A stretch of 64,000 nt of DNA from Anaeromyxobacteraceae bacterium (GTDB taxonomy: Bacteria; Myxococcota; Myxococcia; Myxococcales; Anaeromyxobacteraceae): positions 32,001-96,000 of the forward strand of contig JAULAX010000007.1 of the NCBI GenBank assembly GCA_032654565.1. The letters are read 5' to 3'. The position numbers were made by a program, and so were the translations under genes. Shown here in pieces: positions 45,441-55,882 of the stretch. Each line of letters starts with the position of its first letter. Position 1 is the first letter of the stretch. The notes beneath the pieces are model-generated. The model made no database searches, was not told the DNA's origin, and was given only the letters and a program-made list of their open reading frames with translations.

Positions 45441-46588
45441 GTGCGCACGCCGCCGAAGAACCCGGTCCTCGGGCAGCTCCAGGTCAACCTGATGGTGGCG
45501 CTCGAGGAGCGGAAGGCCCGGCTCCGGGCCGAGGGGCGCCGCCTCTTCGACTTCGGGCTGGGCGACCCCCGCGAGCCGACCCCGCCGTTCCTGCGCGAGG
45601 CGCTGCGCGCCGCCGTGCCCGAGGTCTCGCAGTACCCCAGCCCATCCGGGACCCCGGCCCTGCGCGGCGCCGTGGCCGGCTACCTGGCGCGCCGCTTCGG
45701 CGTCAGCGTCGACCCGGCCACCCAGGTGCTCCCGGCCACCGGGGCCAAGGAGACCATCTTCCACCTCCCCTTCGCCTTCTGCGGCGACCCGCGGCGCCGC
45801 CTGGTGGTGATGCCCGACCCCGGCTACCCGACCTACGAGGTGGGGGCCCGCTTCGCCGGGCTGGAGCCGGTCAAGGTGCCGCTGACCGCCGCCAACCGCT
45901 TCCTGGTGGAGCCGGAGGCGCTGGGCGCCGAGGTGCTCGACCGCACCCTGATCTACTGGGTCAACTCCCCGCACAACCCCACCGGCGCGGTGGCCCCGCG
46001 CGACCACCTGGCCCGGGTCGGCGCCGCGGCCCTGCGCCACGGCTTCATCGTCGCCTCCGACGAGTGCTACGCCGACATCTACTTCGGCGAGCCGCCGCTC
46101 TCCATGCTGCAGGTGCAGGTGGAGAACGTGCTGGCCATCCACTCCTGCTCGAAGCGCAGCGGCATGACCGGCTACCGCTCCGGCTTCGTGGCCGGCGACG
46201 CCGACCTGGTGGGAATCCTCAAGCGGGCCCGCTCGCACCCCGGGGTGGCCTCGCCGGACTTCGTCAGCGCCGCCGCCACCGCCGCCTGGAGCGACGACGC
46301 CCACGCCGCCGAGCGCCGCGCCATCTTCAAGGCGAAGCGCGACCTCTTCGCGGACTTCTTCCGCGAGCGCGGCCTCACGGTGCACGGCAGCGAGGCCACC
46401 CTGTACCTGTGGGTGAAGGTGCCGGCGGGGGTCGACGCCGCCGGCTACGCGCTCGCGCTGCTGGAGGCCGGGATCGTGGTGGCGCCGGGGACCGCCTTCG
46501 GGGCCGGCGAGGGGTACGTGCGGGTGGCGCTGGTGCCGACGCTGGACGAGTGCCGCGCGGCCATCGACTGCTGGAGGAGGGTCTCACC

Positions 46589-46592
<4 letters not shown>
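45441..46592 (+). CDS. dapC: Succinyldiaminopimelate aminotransferase (class I/II)
   Basis: NSPHNPTG, SDECY, SKRSGMTGYRSG; first gene of the dapD-dapE operon. Confidence 0.8.
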
Positions 46593-47413
<821 letters not shown>

Positions 47414-47435
47414 CGCGGCCGGGCCGGGGGGCGCG

Positions 47436-48542
47436 GTGAGCGCCGGCGCAGGCGCAGGCGACGAGGCGCTGGCCGAGGCCCTGGCGGCGCGGACCGCCGA
47501 CCTCTGCGCGCTGCTCACGCCCATCGGCGAGGAGCGGGCGCTCTGCGACCGGGTGCAGGCCTGGGCCACCGGGCGCTTCCCCCACGTCCGGCGGCTCCAG
47601 GACTCGCTGGTGGTGGGCGTCGATGGCGCCGCGGCCCGGGAGGGCCGGCCGCTGCTGGCGCTCTGCGGCCACCTCGACACCGTGCCGGTCCGCGCCGAGG
47701 ATCGCGGCGGGCCGCGGCGGGAGGGCGGGCGGCTCACGGCCCCGGGCGCCTCCGACATGAAGGGCGGGCTGGCGCTGATGATGGCGCTGGCCGAGGCGCT
47801 GCCGGCGGCGGAGCGCTTCTGCGACCTGCTGCTGGTCTTCTACGCCCGCGAGGAGGGGCCGTACCTGGAGAACGAGCTGGAGGTGGTGCTGGCCGGGGCC
47901 CCGGAGCTGCGCGGCGCGGCGCTGGCCATCTGCCTCGAGCCCACCGACAACGTGGTGCAGCTGGGCTGCGTCGGCTCGCTCCACGCCACCGTCACCTTCC
48001 ACGGGCGGGCCGCCCACTCGGCGCGGCCGTGGCAGGGCGAGAACGCCGTGCACCGGGCCGGGGCGCTGCTGGCCGAGCTGGCGGCGCGGCCGCCGCGGGA
48101 GGCGCTGAGCGGCGGGCAGGTCTACCGCGAGGTGCTCACCTGCACCCGCATCGAGGGCGGCCAGGCCCGCAACGTGGTGCCGGAGCGCTGCACGCTCAAC
48201 CTCAACTACCGCTTCGCGCCGGAAAAGACCCTCGACCAGGCCGCCGACGAGCTGACGGCGATGGGGGCGGCCCACGGCGCCGAGGTGACGCTCACCGACC
48301 GCTCGCCGGCCTGCCCGGCCTTCGGCGATCACCCGCTGGTGCAGCGGCTGCTCTCCCGGACCGGCGCGGCCGCCGAGCCGAAGCAGGCCTGGACCGACGT
48401 GGCCCGGCTGGCCGTGCACGGGGTGCCGGCGGTCAACCTCGGCCCCGGGGCCACCGCGCAGGCCCACCAGCGCGGCGAGTGGATCGAGGTGGCGGCGCTG
48501 GCGCGCGGCTACCGGCTGCTGGAGCGGTTCCTGCGGCGCTGA
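47436..48542 (+). CDS. dapE: Succinyl-diaminopimelate desuccinylase (M20)
   Basis: GHLDTVP, SDMKGG, REEG, LEPT, HSARPW, WTDVAR. Confidence 0.88.
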   Translation: MSAGAGAGDEALAEALAARTADLCALLTPIGEERALCDRVQAWATGRFPHVRRLQDSLVVGVDGAAAREGRPLLALCGHLDTVPVRAEDRGGPRREGGRLTAPGASDMKGGLALMMALAEALPAAERFCDLLLVFYAREEGPYLENELEVVLAGAPELRGAALAICLEPTDNVVQLGCVGSLHATVTFHGRAAHSARPWQGENAVHRAGALLAELAARPPREALSGGQVYREVLTCTRIEGGQARNVVPERCTLNLNYRFAPEKTLDQAADELTAMGAAHGAEVTLTDRSPACPAFGDHPLVQRLLSRTGAAAEPKQAWTDVARLAVHGVPAVNLGPGATAQAHQRGEWIEVAALARGYRLLERFLRR

Positions 48543-48639
48543 AAAGCCAGTCCTGACGCACCTGTGGGCGCCACCCATGCGGGGCGGAGGCGATTGGCTT
48601 GCGTCCGGACCGGCGGCGCTTAGATAGACGCTCATCGAT

Positions 48640-48999
48640 ATGTCGATGAACGCTGCCACCGCCCGGGTCGCCCACGTCGCCAAGGCCCTCTCCGACCAGA
48701 CCCGGCTCGAGCTGCTGCTGGCCGTCGCCATGGTCCCGGAGCACTCCTGCGCCGAGCTGGTCCGGGCCTTTCCCATCTCGCAGGCCACCGTCTCGCACCA
48801 CTTGAAGGTGCTGGTGGCGGCCGGGCTGGTGACGGTGCGGCGCAGCGGCCAGTTCCACCACTACAAGGTGGTGCCGGGGGCGCTGGCCGAGTGGGCCGGC
48901 GAGCTGATCCGGATCTTCGCCCCGGCCGGCCGGGCCATCGGCGCCCGGCGGCGGGGCCAGGCGCGGGCCCCGGCGGCGCGCGCGGGACGGTCGCCATGA
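48640..48999 (+). CDS. ArsR/SmtB-family regulator
   Basis: KALSDQTRL, ISQATVSHHLKVL..AGLV. Confidence 0.88.
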   Translation: MSMNAATARVAHVAKALSDQTRLELLLAVAMVPEHSCAELVRAFPISQATVSHHLKVLVAAGLVTVRRSGQFHHYKVVPGALAEWAGELIRIFAPAGRAIGARRRGQARAPAARAGRSP

Positions 49000-49799
49000 G
49001 CCGCCAGCCGGTCCTCTTCGTCTCCCACGGCGCCCCCACCGCCGCGCTCGACACCGGCCCGTACGCCGCGGCGCTGCGCCGCTTCGGCGATGGGCTCACC
49101 GGCGCGGCCCGCCCGTCCGCCATCGTGGTGGTCTCGGCCCACTGGCAGGTGCGCGGGGCGGTCGGCGTCACCGGCGCGGCGCGCCCCGAGACCATCCACG
49201 ACTTCTCCGGGTTCCCCGAGCCGCTCTACCGGCTCCGCTACCCGGCGCCCGGCGATCCCCGCCTGGCCGCCCGCATCGCCGCCCAGCTCTCCACGGCCGG
49301 GGTGCCGGCCTCGGTGAGCGCGTCGCGTGGCCTCGACCACGGGGCCTGGGTGCCGCTGCTGCTGGCGCTCCCCGACGCCTCCATCCCGGTGGTGCAGGTG
49401 GCGCTGCCGGCGGTGCCGCCCGAGGCGCTGCTGGGCTTCGGCGAGGCGCTGCGGCCGCTGCGCGACGAGGGGGTGCTGCTGGTGGCCAGCGGCGGCCTGG
49501 TCCACAACCTCGGGGCCATCGACTTCGCCCACCCCGACGCCGCGCCGGCCGAGTGGGCCCTGGACTTCGAGCGCTGGGCCTGGGAGCGGGCGGCGCTGCA
49601 GGAGCGCGAGCCGCTGGCCCGCTGGCAGCGGCTGGCCCCCAGCGCGGCGCGGGCCCACCCGTACACCGACCACTTCGACCCGCTGCTGGTCGCGGTCGGG
49701 GCCGCCTGGCCCGGCGAGCGGGCCGAGACGATCTCCGACGCCTTCGCCTACGCCACCTTGAGCCTCCGCACCTTCGCGTATCGCCCTCAACCGCAGTGA
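48996..49799 (+). CDS. DODA/YgiD-type extradiol dioxygenase
   Basis: FVSHGAP, SAHW, HDFSGFP, GLDHGAW, VHNL, HP. Confidence 0.88.
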   Translation: MSRQPVLFVSHGAPTAALDTGPYAAALRRFGDGLTGAARPSAIVVVSAHWQVRGAVGVTGAARPETIHDFSGFPEPLYRLRYPAPGDPRLAARIAAQLSTAGVPASVSASRGLDHGAWVPLLLALPDASIPVVQVALPAVPPEALLGFGEALRPLRDEGVLLVASGGLVHNLGAIDFAHPDAAPAEWALDFERWAWERAALQEREPLARWQRLAPSAARAHPYTDHFDPLLVAVGAAWPGERAETISDAFAYATLSLRTFAYRPQPQ

Positions 49800-49813
49800 A
49801 AGGAGCCGCACCC

Positions 49814-50416
49814 ATGAACCGCATCGTCCGCAGCACCCTGGTCGCCGTCCTCGCCCTCCCGGCCTTCGCCTTCGCCGCCGACACCTGGAACATCGACACC
49901 GCCCACTCGCAGGCCGCCTTCTCGGTGAAGCACCTGCTCATCTCCTCGGTCCGCGGCGACTTCGACAAGACCTCCGGCAAGGTGGTGATCGACGAGGCCG
50001 ACGTGACCAAGTCGACCGTCGAGGCCAGCATCGAGGTCTCCTCGGTCAACACCCGCGACGAGAAGCGGGACGGCCACCTCAAGGCCCCCGACTTCTTCGA
50101 CGCCGCCAAGTTCCCCACCATCACCTTCAAGTCCACCAAGGTGGAGAAGGCCGGCGAGGGGCTCAAGGTGACCGGCGACCTGACCATGAAGGGCGTCACC
50201 AAGCAGGTGGTGCTCGACGTCACCGGCCCGACCAAGGAGATCAAGGACCCGTGGGGGCTGTCGCGCCGCGGCGTCTCGGCCACCACCAAGGTCAACCGCA
50301 AGGACTTCGGCGTCAGCTACGGCCCCGACGCCGTGGTCAGCGACGCCGTCACCATCACCATCGACGCCGAGCTGGTGAAGGAGGCGGCCCCGGCCGCCGC
50401 CCCGGCCAAGAAGTAG
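49814..50416 (+). CDS. YceI-family periplasmic protein
   Basis: Signal peptide, IDTAHS, RDGHLK..DFFD, GDLTMKGVTK, RKDFG. Confidence 0.9.
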   Translation: MNRIVRSTLVAVLALPAFAFAADTWNIDTAHSQAAFSVKHLLISSVRGDFDKTSGKVVIDEADVTKSTVEASIEVSSVNTRDEKRDGHLKAPDFFDAAKFPTITFKSTKVEKAGEGLKVTGDLTMKGVTKQVVLDVTGPTKEIKDPWGLSRRGVSATTKVNRKDFGVSYGPDAVVSDAVTITIDAELVKEAAPAAAPAKK

Positions 50417-50727
50417 CCGCCCCGTCGTCGCCGCACCTTCGGCCCGGCCACCGGCCTTCCCGGTGAGCCGGGCCGCTCACGTTGGGACGGCGGCCGGGGG
50501 GCGCGGGTTCGAGGCCGAAGGGGCCGCGGCGCGGTCGCCCAGGTCCGGGGCGCGGTCGGCGGAAGGGGGCGCGAGGGCCCTTCGAGCCCGCGCCGGCCCT
50601 CCTCGAAGATTACTCTCGGTCAGGAGAAAGGCGTGGCGTGGCGGGCGATTGGCCGGCCAGCCCCCTTGCCCACCCCCGCCGCGCCGCCACCCCGTTCGCG
50701 GCACGCCGGTTGCTCTCCTCCCCACCG

Positions 50728-51399
50728 ATGACCCGACCGACCGGCGCCCCGGCGCCCGACCTGCCGCGCGAACGGCTGCTGGCCGAAGGCCCCCGAGCGC
50801 TCTCCGACGCCGAGCTGCTGGCCCTGGTGCTGGGCTCCGGGCGCCGCTCCGCCCGCGCCACCGCGCTCGACCTGCTCGAGTCGGCGCCGCTCCAGGAGCT
50901 CTCCTGGGCCCCGCCCGACGCCATCGCCGCCTGCCGCGGGGTCGGCGCGGCGCGGGCCGCCGCGGTGTCCGCCGCCTTCGAGCTGGGGCGCCGCGGCGGC
51001 TGGGCGCCACCCCGGCGCGGCGAGCGCTGCCTCGATCCCGGCCGCGTCCACGAGCTGATGCGCCACGCCGCCCACGCCGAGCGGGAGGGGTTCCACGTCA
51101 TCCTGCTCGACGTCCGCGGCCGGCTGCAGCGGGCGGTGCAGGTGGCCGAGGGGTCGCTCTCGCAGTGCCCGGTCTCGCCGCGCGACGCGCTCCGGCCGGC
51201 GGTGCGTGAAGGCGCCCACTCGGTGGTCTTCGTCCACAACCACCCCAGCGGCGACCCGGCCCCGTCCCCCGAGGACGTCGACCTGACCGAGCGGCTGCGG
51301 GCCGCCGCCGAGCTGGTCGGGGTGCTGGCCCGTGACCACGTCATCGTGGCGGCCGGCGGCTACTACTCGTTCGTGGAGGCGGGGCGGTGGCGGCGGTGA
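50728..51399 (+). CDS. radC: RadC (JAB domain) protein
   Basis: PRERLL, LSDAELLA, HNHPSGDPAPSPED, DHVIV. Confidence 0.92.
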   Translation: MTRPTGAPAPDLPRERLLAEGPRALSDAELLALVLGSGRRSARATALDLLESAPLQELSWAPPDAIAACRGVGAARAAAVSAAFELGRRGGWAPPRRGERCLDPGRVHELMRHAAHAEREGFHVILLDVRGRLQRAVQVAEGSLSQCPVSPRDALRPAVREGAHSVVFVHNHPSGDPAPSPEDVDLTERLRAAAELVGVLARDHVIVAAGGYYSFVEAGRWRR

Positions 51400-51459
51400 G
51401 GGGGCCGGCCCCGACCCCGCCGCCGCGCCGGGACCCGACTCCAGGGCCCGGCCGCGCCG

Positions 51460-51496
51460 TTGCCGGTCGCCCCGGCCATGGTTATACTTCTGGTAT
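51460..51496 (+). promoter_or_regulatory. Sigma-70-type promoter and operator of the TA module
   Basis: TTGCCG-N17-TATACT; ATAC-N5-GTAT palindrome overlapping the -10 box and start codon. Confidence 0.55.
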
Positions 51497-51731
51497 GAAG
51501 ACGGCCATCTCCCTGCCCGACGCCATCTTCCGGGACGCCGAGCGGCTGGCCCGACGCCTGAAGAAGTCCCGCAGCCGCCTCTACCAGGAGGCGGTGGCCG
51601 AGTACCTGGCCCGCCACGAGCCGGAGGCCATCACCGTGGCCCTCGATCGCGCGGTGGCGGAGGTGGGCGCCGGCCCCGATCCGTTCACGGCGGCGGCGGC
51701 GCGCCGGCTGCTGGGGGGCTCGGAGTGGTGA
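51495..51731 (+). CDS. Ribbon-helix-helix antitoxin (MazE/ChpI-like)
   Basis: MKTAISLPD..SRSRLY; ends EW; overlaps the toxin start. Confidence 0.85.
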   Translation: MKTAISLPDAIFRDAERLARRLKKSRSRLYQEAVAEYLARHEPEAITVALDRAVAEVGAGPDPFTAAAARRLLGGSEW

Positions 51732-52069
51732 TCGCCCAGGGCGATGTCTGCTGGGCCGATCTCCCCGACCCGGTGGGCTCCGGTCCGGGCTTCCGGCGGC
51801 CGGTGCTGGTGGTGCAGGGCGACGCCTTCAACCGCAGCGACCTGGCCACGGTGGTCTGCGTGCCCTTGACCAGCAACCTGAAGTGGCTGGAGGCGCCGGG
51901 CAACGTCCTGCTGCCGGCGCGGGGCACCGGGCTCTCCCGCGACTCGGTCGCCAACGTCTCGCAGGTGGTGGCGCTCGACCGGGCCCTCCTCACCGAGCGG
52001 GTGGGGCGCAGCTCGAAGCGGCAGCTGGAGCTGGTCTTCTCCGGGATCGACCTGGTGCTGGGGCGGTAG
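51728..52069 (+). CDS. PemK/MazF-family endoribonuclease toxin
   Basis: GDVCWADL, RRPVLVVQ..FN, VPLTSN, SVANVSQ. Confidence 0.9.
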   Translation: MIAQGDVCWADLPDPVGSGPGFRRPVLVVQGDAFNRSDLATVVCVPLTSNLKWLEAPGNVLLPARGTGLSRDSVANVSQVVALDRALLTERVGRSSKRQLELVFSGIDLVLGR

Positions 52070-52137
52070 AGCGCCTCCGCTCCACCCCGGCCCTGGCGCG
52101 CCGTGGGTGACAGGACGTGCGCGAGGCGCGCCGCCCC

Positions 52138-54585
52138 CTACCGCTTCCCCTTCGGAGGCGCCGCCTTCTTCGCCGGTGGCTTCGCCGGCGCCGGCGGCGG
52201 CCCCTTGGCGGCGGCCAGCAGCCTGCGGGCGTCGGGGTCGGTGGGGTCGAGCGCCACCGCCTGCTCCAGCGGCGCCCGCGCCTCGGCGCCGCGCCCCCCG
52301 GCCAGCAGCACCTGCCCGAGGCAGCGGTGCCCCTCGGGCGTCCGGGCGTCGCGGGCCATGGCCGCCCGGCAGGCCGCCTCGGCGTCGGCGGGGCGCTTCG
52401 CCGCCAGCAGCGCCTCGCCCAGCGTGGCCTGCGCCAGCGCCCCGGCCCCCGGCGCCGCGGCCAGCCGGGTCAGCAGCGCCACCGCCCGGTCGGCGTGGCC
52501 GAGGGCGACGTCGGCGCGGGCGTACCAGAGGGCCGCCTCGCCCGGCATCTTCCCGTCGCGGATGGTCCGCTCCAGCGCGGCGCGGGCCTGCTCGTGCCGC
52601 CCCAGCCCGTGCTGGGCGATGCCCCGCTCCAGCCAGACCAGCCGCCCGTCCTGGGCGTCGAGCGCCTGCAGCGCCGCGCCGAAGCGGTGGGCCCCGCTGC
52701 GGGCCCGGGCCAGCAGCACCCGGTGCTCGACCGCCTTCGGCTCCAGCCGCACCGCCTTGGCCGCGGCCGCCTCGGCCTCCTCCCAGCGCCGGGCCCCGAG
52801 CAGCAACTCGGCCCGGGTGGCCTCCAGCCGGGAGGAGTCGCCCAGCGCGCCGGCCGCCAGGGTGAGCCGCCGCACCGCGCCGGTGATCTCGCCGGTGGCG
52901 GCCAGCACCCGGGCGTAGACCAGCTGCAGCCGCAGCTTCTCGCGCACCGGCGGCGGGCTGGCCGAGTCGGCCTCCAGCGCGGCCAGCTCCTTCAGGGAGC
53001 CGTCGAGCGGGCGGGCCAGCGCCAGCCGCGCCTCGGCGGCGCCCACCACCGAGCGCGGGTGGGTGGGCTGGGCCCGGAGCGCCCCCTCGTAGAAGGCCAG
53101 GGCCCGCTCGGCGTCGCCGGCCTTCAGGTAGCTGTCGCCGAGCGAGGCCAGCGCGCCCAGCAGGGGCGGGGAGGCGGCGGACGCCTTCTCCAGCCGGGCC
53201 CGGCCCGAGTCGAGCTCGCCGCGCCCCAGCTGCGCCTCGCCTGCAAGCCAGTGGACGATCGGCTCCGGCGTGGCCCCGGCCGGCGGCGAGACCAGCGCCC
53301 GGGCCGCCTCGGTCTTCTCGGCGGCGTTGGCAGCGAGCAGCCAGCGCGCCGCCAGCGCCCCGTCGCCGGCCACCGCCGGGTCGACCAGCTCCAGCGCCAG
53401 GGCACGCGCCGCCGCCTCGCCGTGCTCGGCGCCGAGCACGGCGTTGACCTGGGCCACCAGCGAGAGCAGGCGCGGGTCCTGCGGCGAGCCGCTCCGGGCC
53501 CGGGCCAGTACCTCGGCCGCCTGCTGCAGCGCCCCCCTGGTATCGCGCGCCAGCCCCACCCGCGCCTCGCGCAGCGCCCGCTCCAGCTCCTCGCCCTGAG
53601 ACCGGGCGCGGAACCAGGCGAAGGTGCCGCCGGCGCCGGCCAGCACGGCGGCCAGCGCCACCAGCGCCACCGCCCGGCCGCGCTTCGACGGCGCGGCGGC
53701 CCGGGCCTCGGCGTGGGCCGCCTTCTCGCGCAGCTCGGTCTCGTAGCTGGAGGCCAGCCGGGCCGCCTCGACCGGGTCCGGGCCGGCGGCCGCCACCGGG
53801 GAGGCGGCCGGGGCCTCGCCGGGCGGGAGGATGCCGAGCAGCGTGCGCGGGCCGGGGAGCCCGCCCTTCTTCTTTGGGCGCGGTACTGGCGGCGGCGCCG
53901 GCGGCGGCGAGTGGTCGGCCTCGGCCGGCAGGTCGTCGAAGGCGAGCCGGAGCGTCAGCTCCTGGGTGGGGGCCTCGTCGGCGTGGACGGTGACGCTGGG
54001 AGGTGGCGCCGCCGCCGGCTCGCCGCGGGCCGGGTCGGGGACGGCCGGCAGGGTGCCGCGGGTCGGTCCGGCGAGGGGAGGGGAGGTGGCGGGGCTGGGC
54101 TCCGCGGGCGAGTCGGGCGAGGCGGGCGCGTCGTGGGGCGCCGGGTCCACGGCCGCCACGATGGCCGCCGCGGTCCCGCCGCTGGCCCGGCGGCGCGCCT
54201 CCTCCAGCCGGGTCCGGGCGCTCGCGTCGGCCGGCTGCAGCTCGGCGGCTCGAGTCAGGACCGGCAGCGCCTCGCGAAAGCGCCCGGCCGCCACCAGCAC
54301 GTCGCCCACCAGGTTGTAGGCGTAGGGGGTGCCGGGATCGATGCCGATGGCCACGTCGAACTGGTCGTGGGCCCCCTTGGCGTCGCCGGCCTCGAGCAGC
54401 GCCCGCCCCCAGGTGATGCGCCCCAGGATCGACTTCGGGTGGTGCTCCAGCCCGGCGCGGCAGACCTCCATGGCCTGCCGCGAGTCGCCCTGCTCCAGGA
54501 GGGCGCGGGCCAGCTCGACGAAGATCCGCGAGCGCGGATCGGCCGCGAGGATCTGCCGGTACTTCTCGATGACGGTCGGGGCCAC
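52138..54585 (-). CDS. Tetratricopeptide-repeat protein with one TM segment
   Basis: N-terminal TPRs (DPRSRIFVELA), Pro-rich linker, TM segment, C-terminal TPR array. Confidence 0.8.
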   Translation of the reverse strand: MAPTVIEKYRQILAADPRSRIFVELARALLEQGDSRQAMEVCRAGLEHHPKSILGRITWGRALLEAGDAKGAHDQFDVAIGIDPGTPYAYNLVGDVLVAAGRFREALPVLTRAAELQPADASARTRLEEARRRASGGTAAAIVAAVDPAPHDAPASPDSPAEPSPATSPPLAGPTRGTLPAVPDPARGEPAAAPPPSVTVHADEAPTQELTLRLAFDDLPAEADHSPPPAPPPVPRPKKKGGLPGPRTLLGILPPGEAPAASPVAAAGPDPVEAARLASSYETELREKAAHAEARAAAPSKRGRAVALVALAAVLAGAGGTFAWFRARSQGEELERALREARVGLARDTRGALQQAAEVLARARSGSPQDPRLLSLVAQVNAVLGAEHGEAAARALALELVDPAVAGDGALAARWLLAANAAEKTEAARALVSPPAGATPEPIVHWLAGEAQLGRGELDSGRARLEKASAASPPLLGALASLGDSYLKAGDAERALAFYEGALRAQPTHPRSVVGAAEARLALARPLDGSLKELAALEADSASPPPVREKLRLQLVYARVLAATGEITGAVRRLTLAAGALGDSSRLEATRAELLLGARRWEEAEAAAAKAVRLEPKAVEHRVLLARARSGAHRFGAALQALDAQDGRLVWLERGIAQHGLGRHEQARAALERTIRDGKMPGEAALWYARADVALGHADRAVALLTRLAAAPGAGALAQATLGEALLAAKRPADAEAACRAAMARDARTPEGHRCLGQVLLAGGRGAEARAPLEQAVALDPTDPDARRLLAAAKGPPPAPAKPPAKKAAPPKGKR

Positions 54586-54607
54586 GGCGGCCCGACGTTA
54601 CCACGCG

Positions 54608-55012
54608 TCAGCGTCCCAGCGCCTCGATCACCTTCCACTGCGCGGCGGTGAGCGGCACCACCGAGAGCCGCCCCTGCACGAGGAGCGGGGAGCCGGCGAA
54701 GGCCTTCTGGCCGCGCAGGGCCGTGAGGGTCACCGGGCGGGCCAGCCCCCGACCAGCCCGGAGCCGCACCGCCACCCGCTTGCCGGCGGCGTCGGTCGGG
54801 TCGGGCCGGGGCGCGCCGGCCACCACGGCGAGGCCGGCCACCGCCTTCTCCCCCCCGGTGTGGTAGACGGCGACCCGGTCGCCCTTCGCCATGGCCCGCA
54901 GGTTGAGCTGGGCCTGGGGGTTCTTCACGCCGGTCCAGTCGGTGGCCTCCTCGTCGAGCAGGTCGCCGAAGGCGTAGGTGGACGGCTCGGTCTTGAGGAG
55001 CCAGCAGGCCAT
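54608..55012 (-). CDS. EVE domain protein
   Basis: WLLKTEP, WTGVKN, GD..YHTG, RLSVVP. Confidence 0.9.
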   Translation of the reverse strand: MACWLLKTEPSTYAFGDLLDEEATDWTGVKNPQAQLNLRAMAKGDRVAVYHTGGEKAVAGLAVVAGAPRPDPTDAAGKRVAVRLRAGRGLARPVTLTALRGQKAFAGSPLLVQGRLSVVPLTAAQWKVIEALGR

Positions 55013-55026
55013 GGTCACGCTCCGTG

Positions 55027-55293
55027 TCAGGCGTCGCCGCGCAGGATGGGGTCGAGCTCCCCGGCGCGGTCGAGGGCGTCGAGGTCGCTGAAGCCGCCCA
55101 GCGAGCGCTCCCCGGCGAAGACCTGCGGCACGGTCATCTGCCCGGACTGCTCCACCAGCCAGGCGCGCAGCTGGTCCTTCCCGTCCACCGGGATCTCCTC
55201 GAAGGCGACGCCCTTGCGGGTGAGCAGCGCCTTGGCCCGCACGCAGTACGGGCAACAGGTGGTGGTGTAGACGGTGACCTTGGGAGGGGCCAT
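55027..55293 (-). CDS. grxC: Glutaredoxin 3
   Basis: CPYC, TVPQVF, GGFSDL. Confidence 0.92.
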   Translation of the reverse strand: MAPPKVTVYTTTCCPYCVRAKALLTRKGVAFEEIPVDGKDQLRAWLVEQSGQMTVPQVFAGERSLGGFSDLDALDRAGELDPILRGDA

Positions 55294-55345
55294 GCGCCTT
55301 CCTTAACGCCCGCCGCCCCGGCTGTCGACGCCGGGGCGGGGAGGG

Positions 55346-55696
55346 TCAGTTCAGCTCGCCGCCCTGGAGCAGCGAGTCGAGCCGGACCACGAACTGGCCG
55401 CGGGTGAGCACCTCGTCCACCCCGGCCGCCCGGGCCTCGGCCATCAGCCCCTCCTGCAGGTGGCCGAGGAAGCCGATGACGCGGACCGGACCCAGCGCCT
55501 TCACGGCGCGGATCTGCTCGATCAGCCCGGCCTCGCCGAGGTCGGCCAGCACCGTGGGGCGCTCGATGCCGGCCACCGCCTCGGCCAGCGTCGAGCCGCG
55601 CGGGGCCAGCCGCAGGGGGACGCCCTGTCGCTCGGCCGCCGCGTGGATCTTGGAGCGGAAGACCAGGTCGCGCACCACCACCACCAGGGGCTTCAT
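55346..55696 (-). CDS. Atypical stand-alone receiver-like protein
   Basis: 116 aa alpha/beta pattern; VLADL and ARAAGVDEVL; conserved Lys absent; GGAGG RBS. Confidence 0.6.
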   Translation of the reverse strand: MKPLVVVVRDLVFRSKIHAAAERQGVPLRLAPRGSTLAEAVAGIERPTVLADLGEAGLIEQIRAVKALGPVRVIGFLGHLQEGLMAEARAAGVDEVLTRGQFVVRLDSLLQGGELN

Positions 55697-55882
55697 GGCG
55701 ATCGTCCTCCGCTCCCGGGTTGGCTGCTAGAACGTGTATTCGTACCTGCGAGTGTAAACATCTCACGAAAGGCTGACGGGGCTGCGGTTTTGGCGGGCTG
55801 AAGCGCCAAAGTTTCAACCAGTAGGCCGATCCGGGCGGTTTCGGGGGGAGTTGTTGACACTTCGGTCTGGTGCGCCCGACGT

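Noticed and set aside
50728..51399. RadC JAB domain considered as part of the Ubl system
   Set aside because: Ordinary full-length chromosomal radC with host codon usage, outside the island; the operon has its own JAB
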